A stretch of DNA of 45,907 nt from Thermoleophilia bacterium (GTDB lineage Bacteria > Actinomycetota > Thermoleophilia > BMS3ABIN01), in NCBI GenBank assembly GCA_041658445.1, contig JBBAAB010000001.1, positions 1 to 45,907 on the forward strand, given 5' to 3'. A program made the position numbers and the translations under genes. Under the pieces are notes generated by a model. The model did not search any database, was not told the origin of the DNA, and saw only the letters and a program-made list of their open reading frames with translations. Every line of letters begins with the position of its first letter. Within the stretch, counting starts at the first letter, position 1. Shown here one piece after another: positions 40,137 through 45,907 of the stretch.

Positions 40137-40788
40137 GAATGTCCTCCAGCCTCACGCGCGGGTAGGCGCGTAACTCCCCGCCAATTCCCGCGTTGGCAAT
40201 CTTGACGCCCCGCTTTTGGCACTCCTGCATTGCAATACCGTGGGCCTCTTCTAACACCCGGTTCCACCTTCTTGCCTGTTCGGCCTTGTAGGCGTCTGGG
40301 GGGAGGTATCCTCTAATGAACCAGTTCTGATTGTCGGCGTCTCTGTAGCCGAGGTCACACCCAACCACGTAGAGTTCGTCGTATCCCATACGTACGGCCA
40401 ACTGGATGGCCATAAGAGCCGACCCCCCAAAACGACATAGTTGCGGGAGGTGCCACGGCCCGCCCCATTGTTCTGGTTGGGTCGAGTCCATTGGTGACAT
40501 GTGCTCACAGACGACCTCTCGGTGTAGATTTGGACGATCCGGAACGTCGCATTCTATGTCGTCTCGGATGAAACACTCCTCGCCCCAGTCCAGGTGTTTT
40601 ACGATGTCCTCTTGCCAGACCCCTTGACTCTGCCTCGTTCTGTCGAACGCACACCAGTATGTCGGGCGCCACCGGGTTTTAGGATAGAGAAGATGTATCC
40701 TGTTCAGCCCGAACGTTACTTCGTCCGCGAGTCTATCCATCGGAGTTCTGTTCAGGCTTGGCCCATTGCCAATTACGAAGCAGCGCAC
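40129..40788 (-). CDS. GNGPSL glycosyltransferase paralog A (CstII/Maf-like)
   Basis: VRCFVIGNGPSL (GTG start, GGAGGAAG RBS), YVVGCDLGY. Confidence 0.6.
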   Translation of the reverse strand: MRCFVIGNGPSLNRTPMDRLADEVTFGLNRIHLLYPKTRWRPTYWCAFDRTRQSQGVWQEDIVKHLDWGEECFIRDDIECDVPDRPNLHREVVCEHMSPMDSTQPEQWGGPWHLPQLCRFGGSALMAIQLAVRMGYDELYVVGCDLGYRDADNQNWFIRGYLPPDAYKAEQARRWNRVLEEAHGIAMQECQKRGVKIANAGIGGELRAYPRVRLEDILG

Positions 40789-41450
40789 ACTTCCTCCAGA
40801 GAAGCCCGTGGATAGACCTCCAGCGCCCCGCCAACGCCGGCGTTCATAATCACAATGCCGCGGTCGATGCACTCCCTGTTCGCAAGCTCGTGCGCGTACG
40901 CCTGCGCTCCGGTTAGATACGCCGCCCACTCGGGGTCGTAGGGGCGGAAGTTGAAGTAGTCCTCAGAGAAGTGGTTGTTCTCCCCCGGACGGTAAATCAG
41001 GTCACACCCCAACAGATAGACTTCGTCAAACCCCATCGTGACGGCCAGTTGAATTGTCGTCAGGACGGAACCTCCAAAGACGCACAGTTGCGGCAGGTGC
41101 CACGACTTCGGCCACCACTCCCCATGCCCAATTCTCGTCCCGTGCTCCATGCACAGGTCCATCTTTTCAAACCTTGCGGTCGGCTGAATGTCCCAAACCC
41201 CCATCCTGGTAAAGTGCCTCGGGGCGATGAAACAATGCTCCCCGAGGTCCCGGTGCAGGAAGAACAACTCCGCCCACTCGTCTATCGGCATCTGCAAGTC
41301 CCTGTCTGTGCAGACCCAGTATGTTGGCCGCCACTTGGTTAGCGGGTAGATCAGATGGCATTGGTTGACGCCGAAGGACACCTCGTTGACCAAGAGATTC
41401 AGATTCGTCTTTGCCAGCGAAGGCCCATTCCCTAGAACGAAGCAGCGCAT
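40773..41450 (-). CDS. GNGPSL glycosyltransferase paralog B
   Basis: MRCFVLGNGPSL, YLLGCDLIY, ENNHFSEDY. Confidence 0.65.
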   Translation of the reverse strand: MRCFVLGNGPSLAKTNLNLLVNEVSFGVNQCHLIYPLTKWRPTYWVCTDRDLQMPIDEWAELFFLHRDLGEHCFIAPRHFTRMGVWDIQPTARFEKMDLCMEHGTRIGHGEWWPKSWHLPQLCVFGGSVLTTIQLAVTMGFDEVYLLGCDLIYRPGENNHFSEDYFNFRPYDPEWAAYLTGAQAYAHELANRECIDRGIVIMNAGVGGALEVYPRASLEEVCAAS

Positions 41451-42151
41451 ACTTCCTCAAGGCTGACCCTCGGGTAGACATCCAAAGACCCGCCGACCGT
41501 GGCGTTGAACACCCAGACCCCGTGCTCCTTGCACCACCTGGCAATCAGATCGTGCATCGCACTCCCCAACTCGTTGTTGAACTTCGCTCTGTCTTCAGTG
41601 TGTATCTCCAAGTTGGCCTCGTAAGCACGGTCGAAGTGGTTCGTGTCTTCGTCCCCCTCTAGTACGTGCCAGTCCAGATCACAACCAACCAGATACAGTT
41701 CGTTGTATCCCATCTTGATTGCTTGCTGCATCATCGGCCCCATGCCGGTTCCGAGTTTGCACAGAACCCCGTCCTCTTTCGGGAAGCACCACTCTTCGGG
41801 CCAGTCCTTCCCTGGAGAGGCGCAGAGGTGGTCAACGTGGAACTGCCACGGGTGAACCCACTCCGGCAGTTCCTCCAGCCACGCGACTGGGTGCGACCGC
41901 CACTTCCCAAGAAGCTGTTCGCATATGTCAGCCCTGACATAGCACTCCTCCCCGGAGACAATGTGGGAGATTAGGGCCTCGCGGTCATCCTCTCTTTGGG
42001 GGAGATCGGACCACATGAAGTACGTCGGCCTCCAGTTGGTCTTCGGATACATAAGGTGAATGCGGTTCATCCCGAAGGACGGTTCTCCCGCAATCATGTT
42101 TAGATTGGTCCGGTTCAGGCTCGGACCGTTCCCCACAAGGAACATTCTCAT
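41432..42151 (-). CDS. GNGPSL glycosyltransferase paralog C
   Basis: MRMFLVGNGPSL, YLVGCDLDW, DTNHFDRAY. Confidence 0.65.
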   Translation of the reverse strand: MRMFLVGNGPSLNRTNLNMIAGEPSFGMNRIHLMYPKTNWRPTYFMWSDLPQREDDREALISHIVSGEECYVRADICEQLLGKWRSHPVAWLEELPEWVHPWQFHVDHLCASPGKDWPEEWCFPKEDGVLCKLGTGMGPMMQQAIKMGYNELYLVGCDLDWHVLEGDEDTNHFDRAYEANLEIHTEDRAKFNNELGSAMHDLIARWCKEHGVWVFNATVGGSLDVYPRVSLEEVCAASF

Positions 42152-42675
42152 GCGCGTTCAAACACCGCCATGTTGCCGCTCATGGTTACGAGCCGCCAGT
42201 CGCTTTCCGTCTTGGCGTTCTCGACGGCTTTCTCCACCGGGCTTCCCTCGTTGCAGTCATGGAACAGGATGAACCTCTTGGTGATGTCCTTTACGTTGTT
42301 CCAGTCGTTTATTGGAGCATCGCCCTCGTGGTCTCCGTCGATGAACGAGACAACAGGTTTGATGTCTCCAGCGGGAAACGGGTGCGAGTTCTGGTAGAAC
42401 ACCTTGTACGGAAGCCCGAGCCCAAGCATCAGCTTCTCGATCTCTGGCTTCCAGCCAAGCCCGTTCTCAATGCCGTAGATACTGCCGCCCTGCTTCAGAT
42501 GCCGCTTGATGAGCCCGGCGAAGGCAAGACTTCCGCCGCGGTTCACGCCGATCTCAAGATAGTCTCCGTCGCCCGCCTCCAAGATGCACGCCTCCAGGGC
42601 GAACTTCTCCTCGGGGGCCATGAGCCACCCCTTTGTTCCGTTACGGTAGAGTTCGTTCAGGCCGTCCAGGATCAT
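42148..42675 (-). CDS. Class I SAM-dependent methyltransferase (Methyltransf_24/TylF-CmcI-like), paralog 1
   Basis: GDGDYLEIGVNRGGS (SAM-binding loop) and FIDGDHEGD. Confidence 0.65.
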   Translation of the reverse strand: MILDGLNELYRNGTKGWLMAPEEKFALEACILEAGDGDYLEIGVNRGGSLAFAGLIKRHLKQGGSIYGIENGLGWKPEIEKLMLGLGLPYKVFYQNSHPFPAGDIKPVVSFIDGDHEGDAPINDWNNVKDITKRFILFHDCNEGSPVEKAVENAKTESDWRLVTMSGNMAVFERA

Positions 42676-43208
42676 TTGCGCCTCTCAAACAGGGCCATGT
42701 TTCCCGTCCCGATAATGTAGTTCCATGCGGGGTCCTTCTGGCATACTTCCTCGACGGCCCTCTTTACTCCTGGGTGGGTGTGGAAGTCATGTAGCAGGAT
42801 GAACCTCCCCGTTCTGGCACTAAGGTTTCTCCAGTCTTTCACGACCCACTCGCGCGCGTGGTCTCCATCTATCAGGGCAACGACGGGTCTCAGGTCTCCC
42901 GCGGGCCACGGGTCAGAGTTGGCCTCGATAGCCTCGATCTCTACATTGAACTCTGCCGCGTGCTTCACAACCAGGTCGAACCCCGAATGCTTGTTCTGGA
43001 AGTTGTCTATCCCGTATATTTTCCCAGACTGTCCCAATCGTCTCTTGAGTAGACCAACGAAGATGGCGCTTCCGCCTTGTTGAATCCCAATTTCCAGGTA
43101 GTCCCCATCGCCGGCCTCTAAGACGGCGCACTCTAGGGACATCACGTCGTCGGGCTCCATCGTGAACCCGTAGAACCCCAGCTTGTCCTTGACCTCGTGG
43201 AAGATCAC
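42672..43208 (-). CDS. Class I SAM-dependent methyltransferase, paralog 2 (GTG start inferred by alignment)
   Basis: GDGDYLEIGIQQGGS and LIDGDHARE. The start was chosen so that the length matches paralog 1. Confidence 0.55.
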   Translation of the reverse strand: MIFHEVKDKLGFYGFTMEPDDVMSLECAVLEAGDGDYLEIGIQQGGSAIFVGLLKRRLGQSGKIYGIDNFQNKHSGFDLVVKHAAEFNVEIEAIEANSDPWPAGDLRPVVALIDGDHAREWVVKDWRNLSARTGRFILLHDFHTHPGVKRAVEEVCQKDPAWNYIIGTGNMALFERRK

Positions 43209-43326
43209 CTGTTCGCCTTCCACGCCTTCTTGAGGTTCTTCATTCGGGTCTTCGCAATCTCCTCTTGCCTCTTTCGTTCTGCCGCCTGAACTGCTTGCGC
43301 CTTCTGTAGGTTCGCGTCCCTTACTC

Positions 43327-43521
43327 CTAGATGTCGATTTCTGATCGTAGTCTGAATAGAACGGTATGCAGTGTCTCGTACCAGTCGGCCAGCCGCTTTC
43401 CTGGAATCCTGGCGGTGTACGAATCCTCAGTAAATGCAAAGCCCTCGGTGGACTTCATTTCATTCAACACCTCCCAGGCTTTGGAAACCAGCTTTTCGTC
43501 CGAGTCGATTTTTTCAGTCAT
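43327..43521 (-). CDS. Hypothetical small protein
   Basis: GAGGAG RBS; ATGA coupling. Confidence 0.5.
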   Translation of the reverse strand: MTEKIDSDEKLVSKAWEVLNEMKSTEGFAFTEDSYTARIPGKRLADWYETLHTVLFRLRSEIDI

Positions 43522-43724
43522 ACGGGCTCCTCGCCAGCTCTGGAGAATTCGGGGATGCTGGCGGTAGTCCGCAGCCAATTGACTTCCAATGGGCCCTTCT
43601 TCCAGACAACGATCAGCTTGTCCGAATCCGGATCAAGGGCGCAGGAAACAAACAGCCAGCCCTTGCCGGGAGGCTTAAGCTCCCCGCCGTCCTGGCCGAC
43701 GCAGGTGGCCGTCCATCTGTACAT
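43518..43724 (-). CDS. Hypothetical small protein
   Basis: GAGAGGA RBS then ATG 43724. Confidence 0.5.
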   Translation of the reverse strand: MYRWTATCVGQDGGELKPPGKGWLFVSCALDPDSDKLIVVWKKGPLEVNWLRTTASIPEFSRAGEEPV

Positions 43725-43835
43725 GTCAGTCCTCTCGTAGATAGCCGGGCGCTCCCGCCACGCCGCCACCCGGTCCAGCCCCGCACCTGCCCGTTGGGCA
43801 TATCGGTGCCCCGCTTATGTAAACTCATTTGCCAC

Positions 43836-43863
43836 TTGACAACGACCAAAAAGACCTTACACT
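43836..43863 (+). promoter_or_regulatory. sigma70-like promoter, leaderless start at 43871
   Basis: TTGACA(43836-41)-16 nt-TACACT(43858-63)-7 nt-ATG. Confidence 0.45.
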
Positions 43864-43870
43864 GACAGGC

Positions 43871-43990
43871 ATGAGCGAATACACGTTCCTAGACTTCCTG
43901 GTAACTTGTGCCGAGGCCGCCATGTTCATCGTCCTCCTGCTGGCCGTCGTTGGGGGCATTGGCTTCCTAGGCAACTTCGGGAGGCACTAA
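43871..43990 (+). CDS. Small single-TM protein (39 aa)
   Basis: Hand translated; hydrophobic core; TAATG coupling with the next ORF. Confidence 0.4.
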   Translation: MSEYTFLDFLVTCAEAAMFIVLLLAVVGGIGFLGNFGRH

Positions 43991-44112
43991 TGGACATCAT
44001 CCAAGAGTCCCTCGAACACCCAGGACTAATCGTCTCAGTCGGCCTCTTCTGCATCGGCGCATTCATGGGGGCTTGTTTCATGTCGGCCTACCTCACTTGG
44101 CTTTGGCAATAG
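43990..44112 (+). CDS. Small single-TM protein (40 aa)
   Basis: Hydrophobic core LIVSVGLFCIGAFMGACFM. Confidence 0.4.
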   Translation: MDIIQESLEHPGLIVSVGLFCIGAFMGACFMSAYLTWLWQ

Positions 44113-44278
44113 CCAGCAACACCCCAAGAACGGCCAAGTACCCCATAAGCCTGATCCAAAGATACTGCCTTACCGCCCAATCCGCCCAGGCGTCATCCGG
44201 AATCCGACGACCTCTTTTGTCGTACCTGGCCCACGGGACACCAGGAGCGGCAAACTGGTACTTGTGGCTGTCGTTCAT
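44093..44278 (-). CDS. Small protein with a C-terminal TM
   Basis: ATGA coupling with the upstream ORF. Confidence 0.45.
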   Translation of the reverse strand: MNDSHKYQFAAPGVPWARYDKRGRRIPDDAWADWAVRQYLWIRLMGYLAVLGVLLAIAKAK

Positions 44279-44403
44279 ACTAGCCCGCACTCCCTTGGGG
44301 CTGGCTCGGCCCACTCAACAAGGGGTTCAGCATCCCTCTTCAGGCGTGCCGTGGACCCGAACTCCGGTAGTTTGGGCCGCCACATTCCATCCGTGCGGAC
44401 CAT
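44275..44403 (-). CDS. Possible small protein (start uncertain)
   Basis: Its stop is coupled (ATGA) to the next gene, but the RBS is poor. Confidence 0.3.
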   Translation of the reverse strand: MVRTDGMWRPKLPEFGSTARLKRDAEPLVEWAEPAPRECGLV

Positions 44404-44437
44404 GCTCCCGTATCTTGGATTGTCCCCCGGCTTCAGC

Positions 44438-44833
44438 TCAACTGTAAACCCCGGCCCGGTACAACTCGGACACAATCCCTCTCTGTATCTGCCCCGCCCA
44501 GAATGCAATGTCCTCTTCTATGGCCCGCGCCCCCGCCTGATCTCCCCGAAACTTGTGCCGGAATATCTTCGGCGCATTCCGCATTAGCCAGCAAGCAGCA
44601 TGGACGCTCTCGTGTGCCACAACCTCCGTCCCCAAACACCCCCTGCTGAAGTGGATATTGGAATACTTGCTTCCCATATCCACCAATGTCGCCCTGCCCC
44701 ACCGACCCTTTGCCCCATCTCTGGTAACAGCATCCCACATCTGCTCGCGGTTGGCCCAGACATACACGCGAACCTTGCGCCGGGTGCCCGTAGCCGACAG
44801 CGAGAACCGGTGAACAGGCTTCGTTTTCTTCAT
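44438..44833 (-). CDS. Putative zinc metallopeptidase-like protein (HESVH)
   Basis: HExxH motif VAHESVHAACW. Confidence 0.5.
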   Translation of the reverse strand: MKKTKPVHRFSLSATGTRRKVRVYVWANREQMWDAVTRDGAKGRWGRATLVDMGSKYSNIHFSRGCLGTEVVAHESVHAACWLMRNAPKIFRHKFRGDQAGARAIEEDIAFWAGQIQRGIVSELYRAGVYS

Positions 44834-45372
44834 GGCTTACCCCCGCCACCGGCGAATTGCACCGGGGCAGAACTTCTCATGTCGCATACGAATTGGTATC
44901 TGTCCTCGTCCTGAAGCCAAGATCGTAGTTCTTTCGAATTTTTGGAATTATTGCACTTCGGGCACGCCGGGACAATGTTCTCCTTGGTGTACCCGCCGCC
45001 CGACTTGACCGGAACAACGTGATCCTGGTCAACGGCCGTCAATACAGCATCGCAGTAGGCGCAGCGATTGCCGAAGGCGGCTAGCGTATCCAGCCAGCCC
45101 GCGGCGGTCAGCGTGGCCGGAAGCCCGCGCACAGCAGCCTTGCGGCGCTTTGCCTTGGCCCGGCCATTTGCCGCCTGGCGGGCAGCGTAGCCAGGACTGG
45201 CGGCAAGCAATGCCCTGTAGCTGGCCCGCACCGTTGCCCGCCTACACTCCAAACATGCCCGCTTGAACTTGGGAATTTCCGACCCGCAGCCACAATATCT
45301 GGGCGGACGCACGCGGTTGGCCGTGCGCCACCTTGCTCTTGCCCGCCTGTCATCTGCATTTTTATATGGCAT
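44830..45372 (-). CDS. HNH endonuclease
   Basis: DQDHVVPVKSGGGYTKENIVPACPKCNNSK plus an N-terminal Cys-rich region. Confidence 0.8.
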   Translation of the reverse strand: MPYKNADDRRARARWRTANRVRPPRYCGCGSEIPKFKRACLECRRATVRASYRALLAASPGYAARQAANGRAKAKRRKAAVRGLPATLTAAGWLDTLAAFGNRCAYCDAVLTAVDQDHVVPVKSGGGYTKENIVPACPKCNNSKNSKELRSWLQDEDRYQFVCDMRSSAPVQFAGGGGKP

Positions 45373-45602
45373 CAGACTATTTTACACCATCATTTTTGAA
45401 CGAGCAAGGGAACCCCACCAACCACAGACAAACCATCAACCAACGTGCCACCCAGGTACGCCTTTACATAACTCCCCGCCCGCAAGCACGCAGCCAGCCG
45501 GCCTGACAGTAGCGCGCCCAGCCCCACATGCAGCCAGCCGCAGGCGTGCGCAATGGGACGGCGCACAGCAGGCAGGCTAACGCATGTTAACGCAGGCATG
45601 CG

Positions 45603-45907
45603 CTACCCACTCTCCTCGTCCCCGTAGGCTCTCACCAGCTCAGGACCTATGTTGATCTGTACTGCTACAGTCGGCATGCTTGCCTTGTCGGCCTCTGGCA
45701 GCATCTTTGCAAGCCGGAGGGCGAACTTGCCTGCCTCGACACCCTCTCGTGGCTTATTCATGGCGTTGGCTAGCGCACTTCTAGCGAACTCGCCGGCCAG
45801 CTCGCCATATGCGTCGCTTGGCCTGCCGCCGGGCTTGCCCGTATGTTCGGTGTACACCTCCACAAGAGCCGCGCGCGCCTTAGAGGCCGCAAGCTCCTGC
45901 CGGCGTG
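45603..45907 (-). CDS. 3' part of the wrap-around gene begun at 317
   Basis: Same frame through the 127-nt repeat; stop at 45603. Confidence 0.55.
   Translation of the reverse strand, partial: RRQELAASKARAALVEVYTEHTGKPGGRPSDAYGELAGEFARSALANAMNKPREGVEAGKFALRLAKMLPEADKASMPTVAVQINIGPELVRAYGDEESG
45781..45907. repeat. Terminal direct repeat copy 2
   Basis: Identical to nt 1-127. Confidence 0.95.

Noticed and set aside
45390-45599. ORF 45390..45599 and plus-strand ORF 45263..45580 as genes
   Set aside because: They have no RBS and odd composition. They lie in the spacer between the HNH gene and the wrap-around gene, which is more likely regulatory or packaging-related non-coding DNA.

Overview
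The window is a complete, closed tailed-phage genome. Its first 127 nt are identical to its last 127 nt, so the unique length is about 45,780 bp. It looks GC-rich and podovirus-like. The morphogenesis and lysis block lies on the minus strand (about 16.5-43.7 kb). It contains TerL, portal, a repeat-rich 373-aa protein, a roughly 1,870-aa virion protein, scaffold, an SU10-like HK97-fold major capsid protein, two pairs of small paralogs, tail proteins, a CBM-bearing fibre and a GH25 endolysin. Seven sugar-modifying genes are embedded in this block: four CstII/Maf-like GNGPSL transferases, one GT2 and two Methyltransf_24-type methyltransferases. No nucleotide-sugar synthesis genes are present. The rest of the genome holds small genes, several homing or HNH nucleases, a tRNA-like element and a family of sigma70-type promoters that start translation leaderless. 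The main finding is that the small-gene regions 1940-5791 (minus) and 10626-12463 (plus) are built as integron-style gene-cassette arrays. There are 12 complete attC-like imperfect palindromes (R''-spacer-L''...L'-spacer-R' with RYYYAAC/GTTRRRY boxes), plus one truncated copy and three orphan arms. Each follows a co-oriented small ORF. The arms show compensatory covariation and two conserved bulged bases. Each cassette's first 8-14 nt after G|TT are complementary to the start of its own downstream attC, which is the signature of integron cassette recombination. No tyrosine recombinase or integron integrase is recognisable anywhere in the closed genome. All functional calls rest on motif recognition by eye, and no database search was possible.
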